Shown here piece after piece: positions 55,051-64,000 of a DNA stretch of 64,000 nt (positions within the stretch are counted from its first letter, which is position 1; each line of letters starts with the position of its first letter). The notes under the pieces are model-generated. The model saw only the letters and a list, made by a program, of their open reading frames with translations. It had not been told where the DNA came from and did not search any database. A program made the translations under genes and the position numbers. The DNA is from Escherichia phage vB_EcoM_KAW1E185: sequence record NC_054922.1. One strand, 5' to 3'.

Positions 55051-55707
55051 ATGGCAGCACCTAGAATATCATTTTCGCCCTCTGATATTCTATTTGGTGT
55101 TCTAGATCGCTTGTTCAAAGATAACGCTACCGGGAAAGTTCTTGCTTCCCGGGTAGCTGTCGTAATTCTTTTATTTATGATGGCGATTGTTTGGTATAGG
55201 GGAGATAGTTTCTTTGAGTACTATAAGCAATCAAAGTATGAAACATACAGTGAAATTATTGAAAAGGAAAGAAATGCACGCTTTGAATCTGTCGCCCTGG
55301 AACAACTCCAGATAGTTCATATATCATCTGAGGCAGACTTTAGTGTGGTGTATTCTTTCCGCCCTAAAAACTTAAACTATTTTGTTGATATTATAGCATA
55401 TGAAGGAAAATTACCTTCAACAATAAGTGAAAAATCACTTGGAGGATATCCTGTTGATAAAACTATGGATGAATATGCAGTTCATTTAAATGGACGTCAT
55501 TATTATTCTGACTCAAAATTTGCTTTTTTACCAACTAAAAAGCCTACTCCCGAAATAAACTACATGTATAGTTGTCCATATTTTAATTTGGATAATATCT
55601 ATGCTGGAACAATAACAATGTACTGGTATAGAAATGATCATATAAGTAATGACCGCCTTGAATCAATATGTGCTCAGGCGGCCAGAATATTAGGAAGGGC
55701 TAAATAA
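55051..55707 (+). CDS. t: Holin T
   Basis: 218-aa ORF with one N-terminal transmembrane segment and a large periplasmic domain; T4 T length and position. Confidence 0.88.
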   Translation: MAAPRISFSPSDILFGVLDRLFKDNATGKVLASRVAVVILLFMMAIVWYRGDSFFEYYKQSKYETYSEIIEKERNARFESVALEQLQIVHISSEADFSVVYSFRPKNLNYFVDIIAYEGKLPSTISEKSLGGYPVDKTMDEYAVHLNGRHYYSDSKFAFLPTKKPTPEINYMYSCPYFNLDNIYAGTITMYWYRNDHISNDRLESICAQAARILGRAK

Positions 55708-55980
55708 TTATTTGTTTGTATACATCTCTAGATATCGATATACACCCTCAAAACCCTCGTTGAATTCGTCGATGAGGGTTTTCTTATCTTCTTGAGTTAA
55801 TTCAGAAACAATTTTACGGAATGAATTCTGATTTAACTTTCTACCTTCATGCGTTACTCCAATCTCATTCAGAAATGCAATAAAATTAGCACGATTCTCA
55901 ACAATATCTTCTCTGGAAAATTTAATCAAAATAGACGCAACAGTAATAATTTCACGAACTGTATCAATGTTTTTATTCAT
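55708..55980 (-). CDS. asiA: AsiA anti-sigma70 factor
   Basis: 90-aa ORF recognised as T4 AsiA. Confidence 0.9.
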   Translation of the reverse strand: MNKNIDTVREIITVASILIKFSREDIVENRANFIAFLNEIGVTHEGRKLNQNSFRKIVSELTQEDKKTLIDEFNEGFEGVYRYLEMYTNK

Positions 55981-55992
55981 TAACTATACCAC

Positions 55993-56145
55993 TCAATTAG
56001 TTGACTTTGTTATAATATCATCAGACGCTTGATTTGTAAACTGGTCTGTGTTATTTTCTTCAAAAATTTTTTCTACGAATTCTTTGAACGACTCACGTTC
56101 CTGAGCTACATTATGCTCGATTACCTTTTCAAGATTATGACTCAT
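55993..56145 (-). CDS. Hypothetical small protein, T4 asiA.1-like (50 aa)
   Basis: Hand-translated minus-strand ORF MSHNLEKVIEHNVAQ...; its ATG overlaps the arn stop (ATGA). Confidence 0.4.
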   Translation of the reverse strand: MSHNLEKVIEHNVAQERESFKEFVEKIFEENNTDQFTNQASDDIITKSTN

Positions 56146-56420
56146 TCGAAATAATCTTCAATTTCATAATCATGGACATAAATCATTATAGTTTTTAATA
56201 CATCATCAATACTTTTTCCTGGAGCTGGAATTACGTAGAAATATCCGGCTTTTGAGAGGTCTTTATAAGTTCCAATCAAGAAATCATTATTCTCAAGATG
56301 CAGTTCTTCAACTAATTCATTAACAATTGAAGGGTATAAATTTGGTAAAAACTTATATAGCTTTTCTAGAATATCAATTTTGATTGTGTATTGAACCACG
56401 GACTGAGAATCAATAATCAT
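56142..56420 (-). CDS. arn: Arn anti-restriction nuclease (McrBC inhibitor)
   Basis: 92-aa acidic ORF; T4 Arn length and position. Confidence 0.7.
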   Translation of the reverse strand: MIIDSQSVVQYTIKIDILEKLYKFLPNLYPSIVNELVEELHLENNDFLIGTYKDLSKAGYFYVIPAPGKSIDDVLKTIMIYVHDYEIEDYFE

Positions 56421-56503
56421 AGACCTTCCCCTTATGTTTCTGTTTGCGATTAGATTCTTTAAACGCTTTCTTCTTATCTTTATGAACAGAAGCTTTATTA
56501 AAA

Positions 56504-56722
56504 TTATGTTTTGCGACTAAATTGTTCATAGTGCTGAATTACCTCTCTCAAACATTTGCATGTGAATGAAAACTTTTTAGCTACACCACATTCAAATATA
56601 TGTTCTCTTAAATCGCGTGTATCAGTATATCCCATCTCAACAATAAAATGCCGTATTAGATTTTTATCTTTATCATTGAGAGAATTAAAATAGCCAGATT
56701 TTGAATTAATTTCCCTGGCCAA
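56504..56722 (-). CDS. Hypothetical protein, T4 arn.1-like
   Basis: 72-aa ORF. Confidence 0.4.
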   Translation of the reverse strand: MAREINSKSGYFNSLNDKDKNLIRHFIVEMGYTDTRDLREHIFECGVAKKFSFTCKCLREVIQHYEQFSRKT

Positions 56723-57002
56723 ATTGAATCACCTTCAGTTGACGTTTTAACTCTTTTATCATTTCTTCGTTCATCGCAATATAAAGATCGCGTAAAGCAG
56801 GTTTTAGCATGTCATTTATTATAGAACTAAATGGGCATACATAATCTTTTCCTACAAGCTTTTTGGTGAATTCCATATCACAGAACTTAAATCCCGGCTC
56901 ATTGGTATAAATTCCCCAATTAGTTGACATCATTTTATTAGCATATTCCAGTGCCTGGATTTGATTCATAATTCCATCAATTTGAAACTTTTTAATATTC
57001 AT
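56706..57002 (-). CDS. Hypothetical protein, T4 arn.2-like
   Basis: 98-aa ORF. Confidence 0.4.
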   Translation of the reverse strand: MNIKKFQIDGIMNQIQALEYANKMMSTNWGIYTNEPGFKFCDMEFTKKLVGKDYVCPFSSIINDMLKPALRDLYIAMNEEMIKELKRQLKVIQFGQGN

Positions 57003-57463
57003 TAGTAAAGGTCCTCAGAGTAAAGTTCTTTTTCACTACCACCACGTTCAATACGTACTTGTCCAGCGTAAGTTGCAATAATCATTGCTTCTTCACGTGT
57101 CCAATAATTACTATATTGGTCAATAAACCCTTGGTCATCATCACAAACTTGCTGAGTAACTAATTGAGGTTTAACTACATCTAAAACTTCTGCCATATCT
57201 TTAGAATAATGACGAGCACCTGGAATAACAAGAGTTCGTCCATCTTTTAATTTAAAACGGTTGGCTGCACAGACAATTCGTCGTTGATACTTTTGGTTTT
57301 CATCCCAGTACGCAGTCTGCCAACAGATTTCAGGAACTTCTTTCAGAATATCTTCTTCTGTGCATTTATAACCATGCGCTTTAAATTTTTCAACAAGACT
57401 TTCTGGAGTTTCACGAGATAAAGGAACATTCAGCATTTTTAAACGATTAATAAATGGGTTCAT
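57002..57463 (-). CDS. Hypothetical protein, T4 arn.3-like
   Basis: 153-aa ORF. Confidence 0.45.
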   Translation of the reverse strand: MNPFINRLKMLNVPLSRETPESLVEKFKAHGYKCTEEDILKEVPEICWQTAYWDENQKYQRRIVCAANRFKLKDGRTLVIPGARHYSKDMAEVLDVVKPQLVTQQVCDDDQGFIDQYSNYWTREEAMIIATYAGQVRIERGGSEKELYSEDLY

Positions 57464-57789
57464 TTAAACCATCCTTTAATACGTTGCCACAAAGTTTTCT
57501 GCTGAGCTTTGTTAACACCAATTGAACGAATAACCGGTTGAGATTCCTGGAATTCTTTATAATCGGCAAGGTAAATTTCGTAAGCTGCATCCGTAAATGA
57601 ACTTATCGCTGCCATAAAATTATTGCGAATACCTACTGGAGCATCTTTACTTTCACGAATAATCATGTATTTACCAGTCTTAATCTTTACGATAGTTCCA
57701 AGATAAGCTCCATGGTACCAAATATCCCAACCCTCTTGAGTAGGTTCTGCACAACGACGAAGTTCATTGACAGTTTCTAACTTGTTCAT
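57460..57789 (-). CDS. Hypothetical protein, T4 arn.4-like
   Basis: 109-aa ORF. Confidence 0.45.
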   Translation of the reverse strand: MNKLETVNELRRCAEPTQEGWDIWYHGAYLGTIVKIKTGKYMIIRESKDAPVGIRNNFMAAISSFTDAAYEIYLADYKEFQESQPVIRSIGVNKAQQKTLWQRIKGWFK

Positions 57790-57799
57790 TATTTATTCC

Positions 57800-58435
57800 T
57801 CACAGTTCAGATGCTACAGTGATTACTGCTTCAATGTTTTCTGCCGAGCGTTTAATGTCAAGATACACATTACCGTTTTTAGCGATTTTACATGACATTC
57901 CGATGTCAGTAAATTTCTGAATATGATGTTCCATCATTTTATATCCAAAAATTCGCATATTTCCATTGTTGTTAATTTCAAAATTACGAATTCCGTGAGT
58001 GCGTTTTTCTAAAATAGCGAGATAGTTACTGCGGTAAGTTTCAACCTTTTTAAGAACAAATCCATTTTCATCTAAAAGTTTTAACATGAGGTCTTTATCT
58101 TCTTCCATATCAGAAGTAATCTCGCGAGCTTTACGAGTTGCTCGTTTTTTCAGCAGTTCCGGAGCATTTTCCTGTGCGTATAAAGTTGCTGCGTTTGAAA
58201 TAATATCCTGAGCTTCACCTGTAATGATTAATCCATCACCAGATTTCTCCACCAGGCCTTTTTTAATCAATACCCCAATATTACTATTAACTACTGCGTT
58301 ACCTAAATCTGGATGCACCTCACGAACTTCTGCAGCTGTAATGAAATCTTTCTTAGCAATAGTAATTAAAATCGCAGCAGTTTTTTCATTCAGAACATCG
58401 TTAGAAGCTTTGATGATGTAAGTTACTTTAGACAT
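57800..58435 (-). CDS. motA: MotA middle-transcription activator
   Basis: 211-aa ORF recognised as T4 MotA. Confidence 0.9.
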   Translation of the reverse strand: MSKVTYIIKASNDVLNEKTAAILITIAKKDFITAAEVREVHPDLGNAVVNSNIGVLIKKGLVEKSGDGLIITGEAQDIISNAATLYAQENAPELLKKRATRKAREITSDMEEDKDLMLKLLDENGFVLKKVETYRSNYLAILEKRTHGIRNFEINNNGNMRIFGYKMMEHHIQKFTDIGMSCKIAKNGNVYLDIKRSAENIEAVITVASEL

Positions 58436-58474
58436 TTTCTAATCTCCGTAATTCTGTATCAGTAGTTGATAGTT

Positions 58475-58506
58475 GTATAGTACCACAGTATGCTTTGGTT
58501 GTAAAC
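58475..58506 (-). promoter_or_regulatory. Sigma70-type early promoter for motA (-35 GTTTAC, -10 TACTATAC)
   Basis: Near-identical to the cassette at 41891-41922; A/T-rich upstream element and terminator hairpin upstream. Confidence 0.5.
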
Positions 58507-58537
58507 CGTTTTATGAAAAAATTTTTGAAATAAAAAA

Positions 58538-58557
58538 GGGAGAGCCGAGGCTCTCCC
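58538..58557 (-). terminator. Rho-independent terminator downstream of the motA.1-like ORF
   Basis: Minus-strand GGGAGAGC...GCUCUCCC hairpin followed by a U-run. Confidence 0.55.
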
Positions 58558-58562
58558 TAAAA

Positions 58563-58712
58563 TTACTGCATGACTGTGATAACTGTCATGATAACACGTT
58601 GAATGCCGAACGCAAGAAGACCTCCTGCTACGGCTGGAACAACACCTACCCCCGCTAGTAAAATGCCGCCAGATACTAATGCAGCGCTTGTAATACCAAT
58701 GAATGGACTCAT
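58563..58712 (-). CDS. Small hydrophobic protein, T4 motA.1-like (49 aa)
   Basis: Hand-translated MSPFIGITSAALVSGGILLAGVGVV...; its ATG overlaps the gp52 stop (ATGA). Confidence 0.4.
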   Translation of the reverse strand: MSPFIGITSAALVSGGILLAGVGVVPAVAGGLLAFGIQRVIMTVITVMQ

Positions 58713-60037
58713 TTGATTTCCTCTAAATCTTTAGTGTATTCTGTAACTACATCAGTAGTTTTCCAATATTCGTTTTCTTCTTTTTTAGCTTTAGCTTCTT
58801 CAGCAAGTTTCTTTGCTTCATCAGAAGTCATATGAAAAATATTCATTCCAACTAGTTTATCAACATAAGAAGAATACATCTCAATTTTAGAAAGTTCTTC
58901 GGTCAGTTCTTTACGAGTTTTACCCTGTACAACAATTTCACCTGAAATTACTTTCTTAATGAAATGCGCCTTGGCAAAGGCTAAACGAAATGCTGATTCA
59001 GTTTCTTTGATTTTGTTATCAATTCGTTTTTGGACATAAGTTTTACGAACTTCAACGAAGTCTTTGATTAAATCAACTACGTTATCGTAAACTTGTAGCT
59101 TTCCTTTCTCATTAATAACGGTAATATTTTGGGAACGACGCTCAATCAACCCGAAGTCTTTCATAATTTTTGCATGGCGTTCTTCTTCATTATCGCTCAA
59201 AGAATATTCTTTACGGAATTTAACTTTAAAGCCAAAGCCATGCTCACCACAAGCATCATCCCACGTAATGAAGCCTTTATCTTCAAGTGGGTCTAAGATT
59301 TTACTCACATAAGTTTCACGATCATACTTATACGGAATCTCAGTGATATGCATTTGAGTTCGTGAAGTAAACTTGTATGTTCCACGAATTTCATATTGCC
59401 CATCAATCTCAACGACTTCACCACGAAATTCTGGGAATTCTACCTTCGGTTTAGTTACTTTCTTTCCTTGAAGAGCTTGCAGTACAGCTTTCTTGACAGA
59501 AGAAACACTATGAGGAAGAATGTAAGTTGCATAACCAGTTGCAATACCGGAAACACCATTAAGAAGAACAGTAGGAATAATAGGCAAATAGAAAGCAGGC
59601 GGAATGTGTTCTTTATCTTGATGTACTGGAGCATATTCAGTATCTTTATATACGTTATAGAAATTTTTACTTACACGAGCAAAAATATAACGACTAGCTG
59701 CTGCCTTTTGGACAGTACGAGAACCGAAGTTTCCTTGACCATCTAACAAAGGAAAGTTATTATTCCAAGTATTAGCCATCAAAGCCCCTGCATCTTGTGC
59801 AGAGTTTTCACCATGGTGATATCCAAGGTCCGCTACACCACCTGCAATAGAAGCAAGTTTGTGAAACTTATCTTTATTTCCTCGTGCCAAATCAAGAGCT
59901 CGAGCAATAACAAATCGTTGAACTGGCTTAAATCCATCAATCATATTTGGAATAGCACGATTTTCAACCGTGTACATAGCATAAGCCAATGCTTCATTAT
60001 CAATGATACTTTTTAAATCGCGATTATTCAGTTGCAT
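58709..60037 (-). CDS. 52: DNA topoisomerase II medium subunit gp52
   Basis: 442-aa ORF recognised as T4 gp52 (GyrA-like segment). Confidence 0.93.
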   Translation of the reverse strand: MQLNNRDLKSIIDNEALAYAMYTVENRAIPNMIDGFKPVQRFVIARALDLARGNKDKFHKLASIAGGVADLGYHHGENSAQDAGALMANTWNNNFPLLDGQGNFGSRTVQKAAASRYIFARVSKNFYNVYKDTEYAPVHQDKEHIPPAFYLPIIPTVLLNGVSGIATGYATYILPHSVSSVKKAVLQALQGKKVTKPKVEFPEFRGEVVEIDGQYEIRGTYKFTSRTQMHITEIPYKYDRETYVSKILDPLEDKGFITWDDACGEHGFGFKVKFRKEYSLSDNEEERHAKIMKDFGLIERRSQNITVINEKGKLQVYDNVVDLIKDFVEVRKTYVQKRIDNKIKETESAFRLAFAKAHFIKKVISGEIVVQGKTRKELTEELSKIEMYSSYVDKLVGMNIFHMTSDEAKKLAEEAKAKKEENEYWKTTDVVTEYTKDLEEIK

Positions 60038-60041
60038 AAAT

Positions 60042-60182
60042 TTACCATACTAGTGAATGTAGTGCCATAATAACATCAGAAATGAAAAGCACGACTTGAA
60101 TCAATCCGAACATTACTCCATAATATAGTGCTACTAATAAAGTAGCAAGGGCTAATGAATAGCCCAAGATTTTCTTAATCAT
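60042..60182 (-). CDS. Small membrane protein, T4 52.1-like (46 aa)
   Basis: Hand-translated MIKKILGYSLALATLLVALYYGVMFGLIQ...; hydrophobic. Confidence 0.35.
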   Translation of the reverse strand: MIKKILGYSLALATLLVALYYGVMFGLIQVVLFISDVIMALHSLVW

Positions 60183-60333
60183 TAGTAGATAACAACACAA
60201 ATGTTAAATATGCACACATACCCTGAGCTAAAGCTTGCGAAAACACACTGCTAGCATCGATACAGATAGTTAAAACACATGCTACTATCCAACAAATAAA
60301 TGAAATAACTCCTAATAATTTTGCAATATTCAT
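60175..60333 (-). CDS. ac: Ac, acriflavine sensitivity membrane protein
   Basis: Hand-translated 52-aa hydrophobic ORF MNIAKLLGVISFICWIVACVLTI...; T4 position between 52 and stp. Confidence 0.55.
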   Translation of the reverse strand: MNIAKLLGVISFICWIVACVLTICIDASSVFSQALAQGMCAYLTFVLLSTND

Positions 60334-60340
60334 ATTTTCC

Positions 60341-60421
60341 TCACTGGCGTCCGAAGACGCCTTTAGTTTTAAGATTATTACGATAGAACTGCATCACGTG
60401 TTCGTTGTGGAAATTACTCAT
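60341..60421 (-). CDS. stp: Stp peptide (26 aa), inhibitor of EcoprrI restriction and trigger of the PrrC anticodon nuclease
   Basis: Hand-translated [26 protein letters not shown], which matches T4 Stp as I recall it; its ATG shares a base with the ndd stop. Confidence 0.7.
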
Positions 60422-60879
60422 TAATATGCCTGCAAAACGAATTTAAAGTTATCAGCCAACATACGGTTCATTTCTTCAAGTGTTTGATACTCGGAATGAT
60501 GATTACGGGTAAACGCCAAAGCTAACTGACCTTTACCAAATCCTGTCGTCAGAGGTTTCATCTTAGAAGCAGGCAGATAAAATACTGTGTATACCATATT
60601 GTTATTTGCAATAGTACGTGCAAGCTGAGACCGACGTTGACGAATATGACTTAGAACTGCACTGAATCCTTGCTTAGAACGCTGATTACCTACATAAAAT
60701 CGTGCAGACACACATGGATTACTAAATGGACGACCATCTAATTTACTTACTAAAAAGTAAAATCCAGGTTTAGATAAAATATCTTTATGCGGAGTTCCTA
60801 AAAACCATTCACCACCCTTGATTGTACCAATAACAGTAGCGCCTGCATCATTTAGATCAGTAACAGTCATATATTTCAT
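60421..60879 (-). CDS. ndd: Ndd nucleoid disruption protein
   Basis: Recognised as T4 Ndd; start set at MKYMTVTDL (about 152 aa) rather than the 16-codon upstream extension. Confidence 0.85.
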
Positions 60880-60939
60880 ATTAATTTCCTCTAAATTATT
60901 TTCTACTCCAAGGCCGCATGAATACACGCGGCCATTAAA

Positions 60940-61155
60940 TTAATCGTCGCAGTCGACGCTCAATTCCCAGAATTCTTCTACGGTATAAGTTTCAGTATCA
61001 TTTTCAATACAAAAACGTTCATTACTGTTATTTGCTAAAGTAGCATTAACTGTCGGTTTCTCGCTAGTGCTCTTAAGAGGTGAAATGCGAATTAACTGAT
61101 CACCGTTATCTAAACAGAAAATTTCACCAACTTTTACATCTTTAAAACTTTTCAT
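60940..61155 (-). CDS. Hypothetical protein, T4 ndd.1-like
   Basis: 71-aa acidic ORF. Confidence 0.45.
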   Translation of the reverse strand: MKSFKDVKVGEIFCLDNGDQLIRISPLKSTSEKPTVNATLANNSNERFCIENDTETYTVEEFWELSVDCDD

Positions 61156-61163
61156 AATTCACC

Positions 61164-61274
61164 TCAAGGAGTATAAAATCCAAATGCAGTTGTTGACCAT
61201 CCCATCCAATATGGAAAATTTGCACCAATGTAAAACATAAGAATATAAAACCAAATGTTTAGTAAATTCATCAT
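61164..61274 (-). CDS. Possible small hydrophobic peptide (36 aa)
   Basis: Hand-translated MMNLLNIWFYILMFYIGANFPYW...; ATGA-coupled to the upstream ORF stop; speculative. Confidence 0.25.
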   Translation of the reverse strand: MMNLLNIWFYILMFYIGANFPYWMGWSTTAFGFYTP

Positions 61275-61489
61275 TTTACACCATTCCAAATTGTTTCAAC
61301 TACGGATTTTAAACCATTTTGATGAATATCCATTCCGACTACCGCCATCAAATAGATTCCAACTACAACTGAACCTAAGGCAAAAATAAGCATGAAAATG
61401 AATAAAGCCGGAAAAATATTATCGAAAAACCATTCAATAAATGTAAAAGCACTGCGTTTACGCTTCATATTTTCCTCACATAAATCCAA
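61271..61489 (-). CDS. Hypothetical membrane protein
   Basis: 72-aa ORF with two predicted transmembrane helices. Confidence 0.4.
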   Translation of the reverse strand: MDLCEENMKRKRSAFTFIEWFFDNIFPALFIFMLIFALGSVVVGIYLMAVVGMDIHQNGLKSVVETIWNGVK

Positions 61490-61724
61490 AATAAGCGTTT
61501 AACATATCAATCATTAAAACGATTGGGAATATACTCAAAACTATTAGTATTATAACTACATTCCATATAGCTTTAACAATCTTTTTCATTTTCTGTTCCT
61601 CCGTAGTTGATAGGGTAATAGTACCACGGAAGAACAGTCCTGTAAACAACTTTTTTAAAAATATTCGTAATAAATGTGAATACCAACTACTACTGCTGAA
61701 ACTTGCGCAACCCACCATGCACAA
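61476..61724 (-). CDS. Hypothetical small membrane protein (true start probably internal at MKKIVKAIW)
   Basis: 82-aa track ORF; the N-terminal part overlaps a promoter-like cassette, so a roughly 37-aa product is more likely. Confidence 0.3.
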   Translation of the reverse strand: MCMVGCASFSSSSWYSHLLRIFLKKLFTGLFFRGTITLSTTEEQKMKKIVKAIWNVVIILIVLSIFPIVLMIDMLNAYFGFM

Positions 61725-61832
61725 GCAATAAGTACAGAATTCAAAATTTTCATAATAACCTCATCACAAAAGTAAATACTAAACAAATCAATGGAATACT
61801 AATTAACCAAACAAAACACCACCATAATGAAC

Positions 61833-62108
61833 TCATAGTTCAATCTCAGCGATTTTCATTTCATTACTATTAATAGCCGCTTTAAGACTATCTGAAAGAA
61901 TTACATTCCAATGGTCATTCATATGACCATTAACTAAACGTGTAATTTCTTCGGGAGTTGAAAAATAAGGCGTATCAGACTCCCAATGCGATAGTCCCAA
62001 GCGAGTATAAATCATACCTTCATCATCGCTAGAATATTCAACTGACACAAACTCATCAGTTATTTTATGTTTAGCGTAATAAAATTTAAATTTCATTTTA
62101 TTCTCCAA
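61833..62108 (-). CDS. Hypothetical protein (ndd-denB interval)
   Basis: 91-aa ORF immediately downstream of an early promoter. Confidence 0.45.
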   Translation of the reverse strand: MENKMKFKFYYAKHKITDEFVSVEYSSDDEGMIYTRLGLSHWESDTPYFSTPEEITRLVNGHMNDHWNVILSDSLKAAINSNEMKIAEIEL

Positions 62109-62131
62109 ATCCGTATCAGTAGTTGATAGTT

Positions 62132-62163
62132 GTATAATACCACGGTCCTTGTGGTATGTAAAC
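62132..62163 (-). promoter_or_regulatory. Sigma70-type early promoter (-35 GTTTAC, -10 TATTATAC)
   Basis: Diverged third copy of the 41891/58475 promoter cassette. Confidence 0.45.
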
Positions 62164-62179
62164 CGTTTTGTGAAAATTT

Positions 62180-62737
62180 TTAAATGGAAAGATACCAGCC
62201 GTTGTAGTTGCTTTTTCTTACAACCTTACGAAGGTCTTCTCTATCACCAATGAACTTCGGAGTGTACTGGATGACACCTGGATGAATTTCTTTAGTGTTG
62301 AATATAATTATACAGTCCGCGACTTGATGATTTAGAATGGGCCCTAGATTTATTCCAGAACCATATGGATACTCTCCGCTGCATCCCGTTGTTACCGAAA
62401 TCCAACGCGAGTCAGTTTGATGTGTCTTAACTTCTACACGGAGCCCACAGTATTTTGGATGTGCTAAAACATCCCATGCATACGTGTACGGATCATCGAC
62501 ATTTTCTTGGCCTTTATTGACATATCCGCTTAGCCAATCTGCCACAAAAAACTCTGCGTACACAGCGATACGGCATCTTTCGATAACTTCTGCCTTATCC
62601 TGATTTGGATTTTGTTTTAAAGAGTATCTTGCTGTATCAGCAATTTTGACCTTCATTTCACTAGTCAAGTCACTGTTCGATAGGGTAAATGTCGGAATCT
62701 GAAATAGTCTCTGTAAACCCGGATTCGTTTTCTGCAT
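62180..62737 (-). CDS. denB: Endonuclease IV
   Basis: 185-aa ORF; T4 DenB length and position next to rIIB. Confidence 0.85.
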   Translation of the reverse strand: MQKTNPGLQRLFQIPTFTLSNSDLTSEMKVKIADTARYSLKQNPNQDKAEVIERCRIAVYAEFFVADWLSGYVNKGQENVDDPYTYAWDVLAHPKYCGLRVEVKTHQTDSRWISVTTGCSGEYPYGSGINLGPILNHQVADCIIIFNTKEIHPGVIQYTPKFIGDREDLRKVVRKSNYNGWYLSI

Positions 62738-62823
62738 TAAACTTTCCTTTTACGTCGGAATCACTGATATTCATACAATAAATCATAGTTTCCCTTAAAA
62801 CAAAAGGGCCGAAGCCCCTTATT

Positions 62824-63018
62824 TTATTTGAATTGTGCAATTCTTTTTTCTAAACACTCTGCGTAAGATTTCATTGAGATGAACTGTGAAAGTAGAAGTT
62901 CTTGCTCAACTGCACTAACTGTTAGAAACTTTGCGCTTTCTAAAAATTTGCTCAGTGCATTAATTTTGAGCATTAATTGATCGTATTCTTCTTTTACTCG
63001 TGCTTGATAACCTAACAT
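62824..63018 (-). CDS. Hypothetical protein, T4 denB.1-like
   Basis: 64-aa ORF. Confidence 0.45.
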   Translation of the reverse strand: MLGYQARVKEEYDQLMLKINALSKFLESAKFLTVSAVEQELLLSQFISMKSYAECLEKRIAQFK

Positions 63019-63035
63019 AATTTTCCTTAATATGA

Positions 63036-63053
63036 TAAGGGCCGAAGCCCTTA
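63036..63053 (-). promoter_or_regulatory. Intercistronic C(UUCG)G stem-loop overlapping the rIIB stop codon
   Basis: Minus-strand UAAGGGC-UUCG-GCCCUUA, 7-bp stem; no U-run follows. Confidence 0.45.
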
Positions 63054-63989
63054 TTTAAATTGTTCAGTAACGTCTTCAACTACTTCGTATTGGCAGGTAC
63101 GCATTTTAGCATCGTTGTAATCAATCGGAATTGATACTACATCACGCGGATGTACTTTAACTTTTACAACTCGGCTAGTTGAACTGCCAAAGTGACGAAT
63201 ATAAGATTTAGAACACACATGCAGACCACGAGAACAAGTTTGTGTATCATCGTCATTCACACGAGTACGTGGCATTTTAACTACTTTACCAGGACTGTTA
63301 TCAAAGGTATTTGAGTGACAGTCAAAGTAATTACTACGAACTACTTTCCAAGCATAGAAGTAACCATCTTCTGTAATTTCAATATCGTTTGCTACCAAGA
63401 AATCAAAGAGTCGAGATACCGCTTTCTGGCTTGGGTTTTCCAGCAGATTTTCCAAGAACGGAAAATAAAATTCAAAGTTTTCACCTTTTTCCATCGAATC
63501 AAGAATACGATCAACCAGACCAGACCGTAATTCGATATTTTGATAGAACAAGCTTCCGCCTTCAATTCGAACATCACCGGAAATATATTTTTCAACAGCG
63601 CGACGAACGTTAATTTTTTGCGCTGCTTCTTCCAATTTATCTGCAACAAGCAGATTAAGAATTTCTTGGAAGTTTGAATGAGTATTAGGAGTTGCGTTAT
63701 AAGTTACGCCATCAACAGTAATTGAAATGAATTTTTTAGATGCATTCCAAATAATGTCAGATTTAGCAACTGGAGCAATAACTGCATCGCTATTAACTTT
63801 AATTGTAATATCACCGCTAATAGTAACTTTGGAGCGCTCAGCTTCTTCAGCATTTTTCAAAACACGACGGATTGTGTCCACCGATACACCTTGCCAATCA
63901 GCCAATTCCTGTTGGGTGTAATTACCACTTGAATACAGTTTGACAATTTCAGCTTGTTCGTTTTTGGTCAGGCATTTAATATTGTACAT
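63051..63989 (-). CDS. rIIB: rIIB membrane-associated protein
   Basis: 312-aa ORF recognised as T4 rIIB; the rIIA 3' end would lie beyond the window. Confidence 0.9.
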   Translation of the reverse strand: MYNIKCLTKNEQAEIVKLYSSGNYTQQELADWQGVSVDTIRRVLKNAEEAERSKVTISGDITIKVNSDAVIAPVAKSDIIWNASKKFISITVDGVTYNATPNTHSNFQEILNLLVADKLEEAAQKINVRRAVEKYISGDVRIEGGSLFYQNIELRSGLVDRILDSMEKGENFEFYFPFLENLLENPSQKAVSRLFDFLVANDIEITEDGYFYAWKVVRSNYFDCHSNTFDNSPGKVVKMPRTRVNDDDTQTCSRGLHVCSKSYIRHFGSSTSRVVKVKVHPRDVVSIPIDYNDAKMRTCQYEVVEDVTEQFK

Positions 63990-64000
63990 AATTTTCCTTA

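Noticed and set aside
58473-58658. 61-aa plus-strand ORF between motA and gene 52
   Set aside because: It spans the minus-strand early promoter and terminator and is antisense to the motA.1-like ORF; likely spurious.

Overview
This window is a 64-kb segment of a T4-like (T-even, Tevenvirinae) myovirus genome, collinear with phage T4 from the end of gene 68 / gene 21 through rIIB. It carries the head genes (21, 22, 23, 24, hoc, inh), baseplate genes (25, 26, 51, 27, 28, 29, 48, 54), long tail fibre genes (34-38), holin t, and a dense minus-strand block of early genes (rnlB, uvsW/uvsY, alt, DNA ligase 30, rIII, 31, cd, pseT, spanins, alc, rnlA, denA, nrdB, mobE, nrdA, td, frd, 32, 59, 33, dsbA, rnh, asiA, arn, motA, 52, ac, stp, ndd, denB, rIIB). 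All gene identities come from recognising the translated ORFs and their order from memory of T4; no database search was run. I found no tRNA, rRNA or CRISPR array. The most striking anomaly is not biological: an Illumina Nextera i7 adapter plus a 56-nt poly(T) run sits at 45252-45373, flanked by a 55-bp direct duplication of native sequence, which is almost certainly an assembly artefact. Real differences from T4 as I recall it are: td and nrdB are uninterrupted (no group I introns), the segD/segE/segG sites are empty while mobE is present, gp37 is longer (1090 aa) with tandem repeats at its tip, and there is an extra ORF between frd and td. I do not see convincing evidence of a previously undescribed system; the accessory content is small T4-type early ORFs of unknown function.
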